From: Candidatus Delongbacteria bacterium
GTDB taxonomy: Bacteria; CAIWAD01
DNA: 64,000 nucleotides
Direction: 5' to 3'
Assembly: GCA_963663545.1 (NCBI GenBank)
Contig: OY760505.1
Span: forward strand, 2,912,001-2,976,000
Below, piece after piece: positions 47,448 to 57,065 of the stretch (positions within the stretch are counted from its first letter, which is position 1; every line of letters starts with the position of its first letter). A model generated the notes under the pieces. That model was given only the letters and a program-made list of their open reading frames with translations, was not told the origin of the DNA and ran no database searches. A program made the position numbers and the translations under genes.

Positions 47448-48387
47448 CCATCCGACTCTGCTGGCACTGCACGGCGGTGCCGGCGTGATACAGCTCGATA
47501 GCATGAGTGCAGCAGACCGAGCACGTCGAGTAGCGGGCCTGCGGGAGGCTTTGTCCTGTGGCTGGCGGTGTTTGCAGAAAGGTGATACAGCATTGGAAGC
47601 TGTACTGCAGACCGTGGCCGTTCTTGAAGATGATCCGGCCTTCAACGCTGGCCGTGGATCTGTGCTGACCAGTGCAGGCGATGTCGAGATGGAAGCAGCG
47701 GTGATGAACGGCAGCGATGCGCGTTTTGCCGCCTTGAGTGGCCTGCGGCGTTTGCGGAATCCGGTGCTTGCACTACGAAGGCAGTTGGAACGTCAGCAGG
47801 TCTACCGTTGTGGCAGGGAAGTAGAGCAGGAGCTAGTTTCGCTGGGCGAGCCAGCAGAGGAGGCGGATTGGTTTCGCACGCCGGAGCGTGTGCAGCAACT
47901 GGAACTGGCGCGCATGCGGCAACAACAGATTCTGGATCACAGCGGAGCCTTTGGCACAGTTGGTGCAGTTGCCCGCGATTGTATGGGTGAGCTGGCGGCG
48001 GCAACTTCTACGGGCGGCATGACGAATAAAGCCCCGGGTCGCATAGGTGATACACCGCTCATTGGTGCAGGAACCTGGGCCAGCGTCCGGATTGCAGTTT
48101 CAGCTACAGGGACCGGGGAGGCCTTTATGCGCGCCGTGTTCGCGCACACTGTGGAAGAAGCTGTGCGCCTGGCTGAGTACAGCCTTGAGCAAGCCTGTGA
48201 TACCGCTCTTGAGAGGGTTCGCGAGCTGGGTGGAAGTGGCGGATGTGTGGCTGTAAGCGAAAAGGGCGAGCTCTGTCTGCCCTTTAACTCGAGCGGCATG
48301 TATCGCGCCTGGGTTGATTCCGCTGGCGACTTCCACATCGGTATCGGTTGTGGCGAAGAACAAGCCGGATCGGCACGACTGCTCTGA
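47431..48387 (+). CDS. iaaA: Isoaspartyl peptidase / plant-type L-asparaginase (Ntn hydrolase)
   Basis: LHGGAG, LEDDPAFNAGRGSV, GTVGAVA, AATSTGG, GRIGDTP, SATGTGE. Confidence 0.9.
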   Translation: MRTKNSHPTLLALHGGAGVIQLDSMSAADRARRVAGLREALSCGWRCLQKGDTALEAVLQTVAVLEDDPAFNAGRGSVLTSAGDVEMEAAVMNGSDARFAALSGLRRLRNPVLALRRQLERQQVYRCGREVEQELVSLGEPAEEADWFRTPERVQQLELARMRQQQILDHSGAFGTVGAVARDCMGELAAATSTGGMTNKAPGRIGDTPLIGAGTWASVRIAVSATGTGEAFMRAVFAHTVEEAVRLAEYSLEQACDTALERVRELGGSGGCVAVSEKGELCLPFNSSGMYRAWVDSAGDFHIGIGCGEEQAGSARLL

Positions 48388-48395
48388 TCACAAGC

Positions 48396-48800
48396 TCAGG
48401 ACTTGGCGTCTTCCAGAAGCTTGTTCAAATCAATATTGCCCGGATCACGCTCTACCAGCAGGATTCCCGCCAGTGGGACGATCATGTAGCGTGTATCACG
48501 ATAGGTGATTTCTATGGCCGCCTTTTTGACGAAGAGCGCATAGTCTCCTACTTCCACTTCCATGGGCAGATAGCGTGGCTTGCGCTCGTCCTGCTGCCAC
48601 GGTTCGCCGTCAGCGTCGGGATTGGCCAAGGGCGTGCCTGGGCCAACTGCGACGACATAGCCGCCGCGTACGCTTTCCTTTTCAATCACCGTTGGCGGCA
48701 AGTACAGGCCTGCGCCCGTCCGCGCCTGATCGTTATCCGGCAACAGCAAAACGCGGTCGCCAATGACCTTGAGTGAGGAGAGTTTCTTTTTGCTCATCAT
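48396..48800 (-). CDS. Co-chaperonin GroES-family protein (long form, no adjacent groEL)
   Basis: IGDRVLL, TGAGLYLP, VVAVGPG, VEVGD. Confidence 0.85.
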   Translation of the reverse strand: MMSKKKLSSLKVIGDRVLLLPDNDQARTGAGLYLPPTVIEKESVRGGYVVAVGPGTPLANPDADGEPWQQDERKPRYLPMEVEVGDYALFVKKAAIEITYRDTRYMIVPLAGILLVERDPGNIDLNKLLEDAKS

Positions 48801-48941
48801 GGCTGTAATGTAGCAAGTGCCACGGGTCGTGGACGCGCGGGCCGGTCGTCACGCCCTGAAGAGTATGGCCGCCCCGGATTACGCGGTGGAGGTTCTGTTT
48901 CTGCCAGACTGCTAGCTTATTGCAGTCAGAACGGAGGTATC

Positions 48942-49379
48942 ATGACCATCCAGGAAGCCAGACAGAATGCAGTTCGTCAGTTTGCCGCACTGCCGGATTG
49001 GGACAGCCGCTATCAGCGCCTGATCGAGCTGGGAGCGGGGCTTGATTCCCTGTCGGCCGAAGAGCGCGAAGCGAAATTTCTGATCAAGGGATGTCAATCC
49101 CAGGTCTGGCTGATCGCCAGGCTGGAAGACGGCAGCGTGCGCTTGCGCGGCGACAGCGATGCATTGATCGTTAAGGGCCTGGTGGCATTGGTGCTGTCGG
49201 TCTACGACGGGCAGACTCCGGCGGATATCCTGGCGGACGACGCAGGATTCATTGGCGAAATCGGGCTGTCACAGCATCTGTCCGCCGTGCGTTCCAATGG
49301 CCTGCTTGCGATGCTGAAACAGATCAGGATGTATGCCCTGGCCTGGCAGGCCGTGCTACAAAAAGGAGGGCAGTCGTGA
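48942..49379 (+). CDS. sufE: SufE-family sulfur acceptor
   Basis: RYQRLIELG, IKGCQSQVW, DSDALIVKGL, LSAVRSNGL. Confidence 0.92.
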   Translation: MTIQEARQNAVRQFAALPDWDSRYQRLIELGAGLDSLSAEEREAKFLIKGCQSQVWLIARLEDGSVRLRGDSDALIVKGLVALVLSVYDGQTPADILADDAGFIGEIGLSQHLSAVRSNGLLAMLKQIRMYALAWQAVLQKGGQS

Positions 49380-50179
49380 AGATCTACATCAGTGCCGACA
49401 TCGAAGGTGTCGCCGGCGTATCACACTGGGATGAAACTTCGTGCAAGGGCTGCGGCTACGAGGAAGCTCGTCTGCGGATGACAGAGGATGTGGCTGCCGC
49501 CTGTCGTGGGGCCTGGAAAGCTGAAGCCGTGGAAATTTTGGTTCAGGACGCCCACGGCAATGGTCGCAACCTGATTCACGAGAAGTTGCCAGAGGGGGTC
49601 CAGTTGATTCGCGGTTGGAGCCGTGATCCACGCTGCATGGTGCAGCAGTTGACGCCGAAGTTCAACGCGTTGATCCTGATCGGATATCATTCCACCAAGC
49701 TGGAGGCTGCTGTTCCGCTTGCGCATTCCATGAGCACGGCACTGCACTCCATTCGGTTGAACGGTGAGGACTCCAGCGAATTCCGCCTGCACAGCCTGCT
49801 TGCAGCAGAAATGGGCGTACCCACCATTTTTCTAAGCGGTGATACACGCATGTGCGAATTGGCGCGCGAGCACCTTCCGTCCATGACAACTGTGGAGACC
49901 CACAGCGGAGAAGGCGAATCGGTGGTGGCCAGACATCCTCTTTCGGTGCAGGAAGAGATTGAGGCCGGTGTTGCCTGGGCAATGTCGACCAACCTGAAGG
50001 ACAGCCTGTTGAAGGTTCCGGAAGAGTTCGATGTCGAGCTCGATTTTGAGTCACACGTGCGCGCCGACATTGGTCAGCATTTTCCCGGCATGGAACGCTG
50101 TGGTAGCCACACGCTTCGTTATCGTCCTTCAAGCATGCTGGAACTGATGCGTGCGCTGATGTTCGTGGCCTGGGGATAA
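49376..50179 (+). CDS. dppA: M55 D-aminopeptidase (DppA family)
   Basis: YISADIEG, DAHG, IGYH, LAHS, SE, FLSGD. Confidence 0.88.
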   Translation: MKIYISADIEGVAGVSHWDETSCKGCGYEEARLRMTEDVAAACRGAWKAEAVEILVQDAHGNGRNLIHEKLPEGVQLIRGWSRDPRCMVQQLTPKFNALILIGYHSTKLEAAVPLAHSMSTALHSIRLNGEDSSEFRLHSLLAAEMGVPTIFLSGDTRMCELAREHLPSMTTVETHSGEGESVVARHPLSVQEEIEAGVAWAMSTNLKDSLLKVPEEFDVELDFESHVRADIGQHFPGMERCGSHTLRYRPSSMLELMRALMFVAWG

Positions 50180-50181
50180 TC

Positions 50182-50841
50182 GTGATACAAGTCGCCGGCA
50201 TTCGCAATCAACATGAAGCAGAAATGCTACTGCGCGAGGGCGTCGACCTGTTGGGGTTTCCTTTCGCCCTTGAGTATCACGCCGAAGATCTGCCTTTGCA
50301 CAGGGCTTCGTCACTCATTCGGGAGTTGGGGATTTCAAATCGCAGTGTGCTGATAACCTATCTGCACCGCGCGGACGAAATCCGCAACCTGGCGACGGAG
50401 TTGGGCTGCAATTGGGTGCAGATACACGGTGAGGCGGAAGTTTCCGAGCTGATTCGTCTGCGACAGTTGGTGCCCGGGATGCGTGTGATACGCAGTCTGG
50501 TACTTGGGCAACCTGGAACAGATCCATTTCTGCAGGCTGCAGAAGTAGCTCCCTGGGTGCACGCTTTTCTGACCGACAGCTACGATCCGAAGACCGGTGC
50601 GCGAGGTGCCACAGGGTTAACCCACGACTGGAGTATCAGCCGCACTCTTGTGGAGACTTGCGGTCGTCCGGTGATCCTGGCAGGTGGGTTGAACCCGTCG
50701 AATGTATCACAGGCCATCCGACGCGTGCGTCCGGCTGGCGTTGATGCGCACACTGGTTTGGAGAATGCACAAGGCGCGAAAGACCCGCGACTGGTGCGGG
50801 CCTTTGTGCGAAACGTCCGACGCAATCTAGCCTGTGAGTAG
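50182..50841 (+). CDS. trpF: Phosphoribosylanthranilate isomerase (TrpF)-like protein
   Basis: VQIHG, TDS, GATGLTHDW, VILAGGLNPSNV, GVD, KDP; first strand reads IQVAGI. Confidence 0.75.
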   Translation: MIQVAGIRNQHEAEMLLREGVDLLGFPFALEYHAEDLPLHRASSLIRELGISNRSVLITYLHRADEIRNLATELGCNWVQIHGEAEVSELIRLRQLVPGMRVIRSLVLGQPGTDPFLQAAEVAPWVHAFLTDSYDPKTGARGATGLTHDWSISRTLVETCGRPVILAGGLNPSNVSQAIRRVRPAGVDAHTGLENAQGAKDPRLVRAFVRNVRRNLACE

Positions 50842-50882
50842 CAAAAGCTTCTTTTGTGAGACACCATACCTGGAGGAATACA

Positions 50883-51686
50883 ATGCGAACCCTACTACTG
50901 ACGGCTCTGGTCATGGGAAGTACCATCCACTTGTGTTCGGCCATTGAGCAGGACGGAGGTGTGATGGCTTATTCCATGGGTGCCGTGCTCTGGCAGCAGA
51001 CGGCGGCTGAGGCGCAGGCACTTCAACTTCAGGGCTGGCAGTTGGCCGATGCTCGATTGACCGACTGGGCGTACGAAGAGGACGCTTCCAGCTGTCGCGC
51101 CGTTGTGGTGGATCTGGACGAAACCGTGTTGGACAATTCACCCTATCAGGCTTGGCTGCTCAGCGCCAACAGCGCTTATCCGGAAGGGTGGGCCGATTGG
51201 ACCGCACGCGGGGAGGCGCCCGCCATTCCCGGCGCGGTGGAGTGCCTGACACACGCCGCCGAAATGGGCTACCAGGTGTATTACGTCAGCAATCGCAAAG
51301 AAGCCGAGCGCGCTGGTACCCTGCTCAATCTGGAGCGGCTGAATCTGCCACAGGTCGAGGAGAGCCATGTTCTGCTACGCACAGATGTTTCTTCTAAGCA
51401 AGCTCGCCGTGATACAATCAGCGAAGTATGTGAGATCGTACTTCTGGTTGGCGATAACCTGGCCGACTTCGCTGAGTTCTTTGAGAAGGGCAGCGTTGAA
51501 AGCCGTCATCAGCAGGTTGTGGATCACGCCGCCGAGTTCGGTCGTCGTTTCATCGTGATGCCAAATCCGATGTACGGCGACTGGGAGGGCGCCCTTTACA
51601 ACTACAATTACAAGACCACTCCTGAAGAGCGGGCTGCGATGCGCATGAAGGCACTGCGGCCCATGAAGGAGATCGCGGGCGAATGA
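50883..51686 (+). CDS. 5'-nucleotidase / class C acid phosphatase, e(P4) family (HAD)
   Basis: [44 protein letters not shown]. Confidence 0.9.
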   Translation: MRTLLLTALVMGSTIHLCSAIEQDGGVMAYSMGAVLWQQTAAEAQALQLQGWQLADARLTDWAYEEDASSCRAVVVDLDETVLDNSPYQAWLLSANSAYPEGWADWTARGEAPAIPGAVECLTHAAEMGYQVYYVSNRKEAERAGTLLNLERLNLPQVEESHVLLRTDVSSKQARRDTISEVCEIVLLVGDNLADFAEFFEKGSVESRHQQVVDHAAEFGRRFIVMPNPMYGDWEGALYNYNYKTTPEERAAMRMKALRPMKEIAGE

Positions 51687-52102
51687 AGAGCTATCGCAAG
51701 GAACTCTGGTTCAACACGCGCAGCCGCCGCGAATTCATCAATATCACGCCCGATGTCCTGGCTTGCCTGCGCGAGAGCGGAGTGCAGGAGGGCCTGGTAC
51801 TGGTGAATGCCATGCACATCACAGCATCGGTTTTCATCAATGACGACGAGTCCGGCTTGCATCAGGATTACGAAGACTGGCTCGAATCGCTCGCACCTCA
51901 CGCTCCCATCAGCCACTACCGGCACAATCGCACCGGTGAGGATAACGGAGACGCTCATTTAAAGCGACAGGTGATGGGGCGCGAAGTCGTAGTGGCCGTG
52001 ACACAAGGGAAGCTTGATTTCGGTCCCTGGGAGCAGATCTTCTACGGCGAGTTTGACGGCGGCCGGCGCAAACGTGTACTGGTGAAAATCATTGGTGAGT
52101 GA
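51683..52102 (+). CDS. yjbQ: YjbQ/UPF0047 family protein
   Basis: [32 protein letters not shown]. Confidence 0.92.
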   Translation: MKSYRKELWFNTRSRREFINITPDVLACLRESGVQEGLVLVNAMHITASVFINDDESGLHQDYEDWLESLAPHAPISHYRHNRTGEDNGDAHLKRQVMGREVVVAVTQGKLDFGPWEQIFYGEFDGGRRKRVLVKIIGE

Positions 52103-53397
52103 CTATGAGTGAACGAGCGCTGCGCCTGCTGGCGTTGACCCACACCTATCCGCGCTTTCCCGGTGATACAAACGGACCCTTCGTTGAATTCCTGATGGAT
52201 GAGTTGGCCTCCCGAGGACACCAGGTTACAGTGCTGACCGCATGGGATAAGGAGCTGACTCTTCGCGAGGAGCAGAGCGCCGACCGCGCTCGGCTGCTGG
52301 CCTATCGCTACGCGCCTTGTGACGCGGCACATATCCTGGGCTACTCGCGCACCATCAAGGCCGATGTCAAGGTCAAGGGAGCCATGCTTGCGCTGGCACC
52401 AATGATGATCGAAACCGGCACGCGTCGCTTGATGAAGCTTGCCCGTGAATTCAAGCCCGATGTGATACAGGCACACTGGTTCCTGCCCAACGGCTACATG
52501 GCGGTACGAGTGGGCAAGGCACTCGGCATTCCAGTTGTGGCTACTCTGCACGGTAGCGATGTCTTCGTGGCGGAGAAGCGCTTTCCCTACAGCTACATGA
52601 CGCGTGTGACAAATCGCGGTATCAGTCGCTTGACGAGTTGTTCACCCGAGTTGCGGGATCGTATCTGCAAGCTGGGCTTTCCCACTGAGTACAGCCACGT
52701 GATACCCTATGCAGCTGATCCGCAGATGCTCAAACAGGGGCCTGATGAAAGTGCTGCCAGGGTTGCAAGAGAAAAGCTGGGACTGCTGGACAGCTATCCA
52801 CTGATCTTCGCCTTGGGGCGGCTGGTGTACAAAAAGGGCTTTGAGTTTCTGATTCGGGCGATGCCCCGCTTGCTGGAGGAGCAACCTACTGCACGACTAG
52901 TGATTGGTGGCGAGGGCGATCTGCACCAAGAGCTCACCACCTTGTGTCACAGCCTTGGTGTCACGGATCAGGTTCACTTTGTCGGCAAGCTGCTACGCGA
53001 TCAAATTCCGCCTCTGATGTCTGCCTGCGACCTTTTTGTGATGCCGTCCATCAAGGACCGCGTTGGCAACATCGATGGTTTACCCAATGTGATCCTGGAG
53101 GCGATGGCGATGCACAAGGCGGTCATCGCGACGAATGTAGCGGGAATCCCCTTGGCTGTGGGCGATGGACGCAATGGTCGTCTTGTTCCGCAGCAGGATC
53201 CGGCCGCTCTAGCTGAGGCGCTGATCGACGCGGCCAGCGACAAACAGCGGCTTGCAGAGTGGGGCCGTGAATCACGGCGACGCATTGAGCAGGAGTTGAA
53301 CTGGGGCGTCATCGCGGATCGTTACGAACAGGTCTTTCGTGATACAATACGGCAGTTTCATGGAGAAACGGCTGCTGAAGCCGGGAGCTGCGCATGA
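52099..53397 (+). CDS. Glycosyltransferase family 4
   Basis: [32 protein letters not shown]; start GTG 52099 or ATG 52105. Confidence 0.9.
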   Translation: MTMSERALRLLALTHTYPRFPGDTNGPFVEFLMDELASRGHQVTVLTAWDKELTLREEQSADRARLLAYRYAPCDAAHILGYSRTIKADVKVKGAMLALAPMMIETGTRRLMKLAREFKPDVIQAHWFLPNGYMAVRVGKALGIPVVATLHGSDVFVAEKRFPYSYMTRVTNRGISRLTSCSPELRDRICKLGFPTEYSHVIPYAADPQMLKQGPDESAARVAREKLGLLDSYPLIFALGRLVYKKGFEFLIRAMPRLLEEQPTARLVIGGEGDLHQELTTLCHSLGVTDQVHFVGKLLRDQIPPLMSACDLFVMPSIKDRVGNIDGLPNVILEAMAMHKAVIATNVAGIPLAVGDGRNGRLVPQQDPAALAEALIDAASDKQRLAEWGRESRRRIEQELNWGVIADRYEQVFRDTIRQFHGETAAEAGSCA

Positions 53398-54557
53398 GAA
53401 TCTGCATGGTGCAGCAGCATCCCGTGGACGAAGCCCGCATTCCTGCAGCCATTCTGCGCTGGGTCATTTTGCACGACCGTTTCCGTGACGAAGGACAGGA
53501 GCTGCTGAGCATCGGGCCCAACACCCGCATGCGATTCGAAGAGCGTCGCTTTCGCGGCGTGAGACAGCTTCTGGTTCCAACTCCGGGCAGCGGTGTAAAG
53601 AGTCTCGATATGCTCTTCTTCGGGCTGCTGCTCTTTCCCGTGATGCTGAGGGCCAGGCGCGAGTTCTGTCCCGATGTGTGGTTCGTCGATGAGCTCTTCG
53701 TGTGCTTTGGCACGGCGCTACTACGCTTGTTCGGTCGCCAAGCGCCCTTGTGTTACGACGTGATGGGCATCCACTACTACCAGGTGCGCAAGAACAACAA
53801 CAGTCCACTGCGGAGGCTGCTGGCGCTGCTGTACGGGGCCATGGAGCATCTAACGCTCTGGTCCGCCGATTTCGTAACGACGGTCAACGAGGCTCACGCT
53901 GAGCTATTGCGACAGTGGACGAAGCGGCCAGTTCATGTGATACGGGACGCTGCGGAATTCACGCTGGACGAGGACTTTCTGGCTCAGGTTCCACTGCCGA
54001 CCAAGAAGCCGGGACGCCTCTTCCTCACATTTGTCGGCAAGATTTCAAACCGCAGGTTGGATGACATTTTCACCGTGCTACCTGACGTGATGCAGCGTGT
54101 GCCCCTGCTGGATTTCGTCATTGTGGGCAACGGGCCTTTCTATGATCGCTATCAGCAATTGGCCCTGGAGCTGGGAATTGGCGAGCGCGTACTCTTCACG
54201 GATTTCGTGCCCCACAGCCATTTGCCCGCCCACATCCGGCAGGCCGACTTCTGCTACAGCGATGATTGGTCGGATATTGGATTTCCCATGAAGGTCTTCG
54301 AGTACATGGCGCTGGGAGCTCCCGTGCTGGTGGAGGACACACCCGCCGTGCGCGAAGTAATGCAGGACGGTGTGAACTGTGTGCTGTATCACGGTACTCC
54401 AGGCTTGGCCGAAGCGATTGTCCGCCTGGCTTCTGACAGCGAACTTCGCCAACGGGTAGGACAGCAGGCGTTGCTGGACGCACAACAAGACCATCGCTGG
54501 GACAGCCGCATTCGGGCCTTTCTAGATCTCTTTTCTCATTACGGAACACTCGCGTGA
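53394..54557 (+). CDS. Glycosyltransferase family 4
   Basis: FVGKI, IVGNGP, FPMKVFEYMALG. Confidence 0.85.
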   Translation: MRICMVQQHPVDEARIPAAILRWVILHDRFRDEGQELLSIGPNTRMRFEERRFRGVRQLLVPTPGSGVKSLDMLFFGLLLFPVMLRARREFCPDVWFVDELFVCFGTALLRLFGRQAPLCYDVMGIHYYQVRKNNNSPLRRLLALLYGAMEHLTLWSADFVTTVNEAHAELLRQWTKRPVHVIRDAAEFTLDEDFLAQVPLPTKKPGRLFLTFVGKISNRRLDDIFTVLPDVMQRVPLLDFVIVGNGPFYDRYQQLALELGIGERVLFTDFVPHSHLPAHIRQADFCYSDDWSDIGFPMKVFEYMALGAPVLVEDTPAVREVMQDGVNCVLYHGTPGLAEAIVRLASDSELRQRVGQQALLDAQQDHRWDSRIRAFLDLFSHYGTLA

Positions 54558-55789
54558 TACGAATTCTGCTTCTTGCTCTGCTTCTGCTACTCTCTGCCTG
54601 TCGCAACGCCGACCAGAATGCAAGCGTCGATGATCTTGATTTGGAGGTCGATGTCCAACTCGCCGAGAATCCGGCAAACGCTGTGCTTGAGCCGGGGATG
54701 GAATTGTTGGACAGTGATGAGGTGCGGCGCGGCGATCATCTACCGCGCATGCTGGCTCGCTTAGGCGTTGTCGACAGCCTGCAACCAAACCTGGAGAGAC
54801 GCTTCGCCCAGCTTCACGATGTGCGCCGATTGGTGATCGGACATCGCTTCGAGTTGCGCCGTGATACAAGTGGTGTTGAGCACTTCTGTTACTACCTGGA
54901 TCCGGTCAGGCGCGTGCGCATTCCGCTTGTCACTGGGGCCGGGGCCATTGATAGCCTGTGTGCCGACACGCTTGTGGTAGAACTGGCCGGTACAATTGAT
55001 GAGAGCCTCTACCTCAGCATGATGGATGCCGGTGCTTCCCCTGCGCTGGTGGCTGCTTTCAACGACATTCTACAATGGGATATCGATTTCGGTCTTGATG
55101 TGCGTAGCGGTGATACATACTGGTTGCGCTGCGAGCGTCTTTGTTATCGTGGACGCTGGCTGCAGGACAGTCTGGTGCGCGAGGGGCGCATCTGGGCTGC
55201 CGAGTATCAGGGCCAGCGCGGTACAGTGCGCGCGGCCTGGTCTCCCGACACCAATCCACCGGGCTACTATGACGCTGCGGGTCAGAGCTTTCAGAAACAG
55301 TTTCTACGATCGCCGCTGAACTACAGACGCGTAAGCTCCAGTTTCGGCATGCGCACCCATCCCATCTCGAAGCAGCGCAAAATGCACACGGGCGTTGATC
55401 TGGCTGCCCCCAAGGGAACTCCGGTCGTGAGCGCGGCCGATGGAGTAGTGGAGCTCTGCGGCTGGCAGCGGGGCACCGGCAAGACCATTCGAATCAAGCA
55501 CGGCAGCCGATATCTCACCGTTTATGGCCACCTGGATGGATACGCTCGCGGTATGAAGAAGGGGACGCGTGTATCACAGAATCAGGTCATCGGCTATGTG
55601 GGTACCACCGGCAACGTTACAGGCCCGCACCTGCATTACGAGTTCCATGAACACGGTCGCCTTGTGGACCCGATGAAGATTCGCAACAACCCCGTACATC
55701 CCGTACCCGCAGAGCAGTTGCCTGCGTTTCAGCAGGCCTTCCAAGAGCTATTTCAAGCGCACTGGCTAAGCCAGATGGATGAGAGTTGA
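54554..55789 (+). CDS. M23 family peptidoglycan DD-endopeptidase (lipoprotein)
   Basis: Lipobox LSAC; MHTGVDLAAP, YGHL, TGPHLHYE. Confidence 0.9.
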   Translation: MIRILLLALLLLLSACRNADQNASVDDLDLEVDVQLAENPANAVLEPGMELLDSDEVRRGDHLPRMLARLGVVDSLQPNLERRFAQLHDVRRLVIGHRFELRRDTSGVEHFCYYLDPVRRVRIPLVTGAGAIDSLCADTLVVELAGTIDESLYLSMMDAGASPALVAAFNDILQWDIDFGLDVRSGDTYWLRCERLCYRGRWLQDSLVREGRIWAAEYQGQRGTVRAAWSPDTNPPGYYDAAGQSFQKQFLRSPLNYRRVSSSFGMRTHPISKQRKMHTGVDLAAPKGTPVVSAADGVVELCGWQRGTGKTIRIKHGSRYLTVYGHLDGYARGMKKGTRVSQNQVIGYVGTTGNVTGPHLHYEFHEHGRLVDPMKIRNNPVHPVPAEQLPAFQQAFQELFQAHWLSQMDES

Positions 55790-55838
55790 TGGAATGCGTC
55801 TGTGATACATCACCCCGCTTCGCGAGCGGAGACTGCCG

Positions 55839-57065
55839 ATGAGTGCCTGGAAGCGCACGCTCTATGTCGTGTGGTTCACACAGCTGCTTTCACTGATGGG
55901 CTTTGGATTCGGCCTGCCTTTCCTGCCGTATTACATCCAGGAAATGGGCATGAGCGATCCGCAACAGCTGAAGGTCTGGACGGGATTGCTCTCCGCCGCA
56001 CCCGCCATTCCAATGGGGCTGATGGCGCCCATCTGGGGCATGCTCGCAGACCGATACGGACGCAAGCTGATGCTGATGCGTGCCATGGGAGCCGCTGTTC
56101 TGGTTCTTTTCGGCATGGGACTGGCGCAAACGCCCATGCAGCTGCTGGTGATGCGTTTCTGTCAGGGGCTGTTTACCGGCACCATCTCTTCGGCCAATGC
56201 ACTGGTGGCCAGCCAGACTCCCGATCGTCGTATGTCGATGGCGCTGGGGCTGCTGTCCTCGTCTACTTTCATTGGGTTTTCGCTCGGACCCGCCGCCGGA
56301 GGGTTGCTGGCACACGCCGTCGGGTATCGCGCCAGTTTCATGATGGGTTCGGCGCTAATGCTCCTGGGGTTGCTGTTGCTGATCACGCTGGTACGCGAAG
56401 CAAAGCCCGATCCCCAAGCGGCGGGATCCTGGCGTAGCATGTCCTTGGGTTCGTTTAAGCAGGTGTTGAATCCGCTGGTGCTGCTACTGCTCGTCGTGCT
56501 TTTCTGTCTGCGCATTTCACGCTCGGCGGTGGCTCCGTACCTGCCATTGTACGTGCAGGAACTGCGTGGAATCGAAGGTAGCGCAGCCGTTGTGGGCATG
56601 ATCACCGGCCTGGGCGCGCTGGCTTCGGCGACTTCCGGCCTTGTGCTGGGGCGGCTGGGCGACAAGCGCGATCGCCTCAGGCTGCTGCGACTGTGTCTGC
56701 TCTTCGGGGCGTTGATCAGTTTGCCGCTGCTTTTCATTCAAGGGCTGGGCGGGTTCTCGATCTTCTACCTAAGCGCCCTGCTGCTGATTGGCGGCGTCGA
56801 ACCCGTGATTTCGTCGCTGACCACGCGTCACACGCCTGCGGCAGTTCGTGGCACACTCTTCGGCTTGCAGGGAATGGTCAGCAGCGCTGGCTGGGTTGTA
56901 TCACCGGCCATTGGCAGCGTGGTGGCCATTCAGCTGTCGACGCGCTATGTCTTCGCCCTTTTGCCCATCATGCTGATCCTTGCGCTCATTCCCGCCTGGA
57001 GGGCAACGAAAAGGGGCCGCGCGCTGGCGACCCAAAAGGAAGTATTGCAGGGGAGTTCTTCTTAG
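55839..57065 (+). CDS. MFS transporter (MdtG/DHA1-like)
   Basis: PFLPYY, motif A WGMLADRYGRK, GPAAGG; 12 TMs. Confidence 0.9.
   Translation: MSAWKRTLYVVWFTQLLSLMGFGFGLPFLPYYIQEMGMSDPQQLKVWTGLLSAAPAIPMGLMAPIWGMLADRYGRKLMLMRAMGAAVLVLFGMGLAQTPMQLLVMRFCQGLFTGTISSANALVASQTPDRRMSMALGLLSSSTFIGFSLGPAAGGLLAHAVGYRASFMMGSALMLLGLLLLITLVREAKPDPQAAGSWRSMSLGSFKQVLNPLVLLLLVVLFCLRISRSAVAPYLPLYVQELRGIEGSAAVVGMITGLGALASATSGLVLGRLGDKRDRLRLLRLCLLFGALISLPLLFIQGLGGFSIFYLSALLLIGGVEPVISSLTTRHTPAAVRGTLFGLQGMVSSAGWVVSPAIGSVVAIQLSTRYVFALLPIMLILALIPAWRATKRGRALATQKEVLQGSSS

Noticed and set aside
55802..56437. 211-aa alternative-frame ORF over the MFS gene, and similar long shadow ORFs (e.g. 947-1615, 13093-14082, 33710-34726)
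   Set aside because: They overlap well-supported genes, have no recognisable motifs, and are expected in GC-rich DNA.
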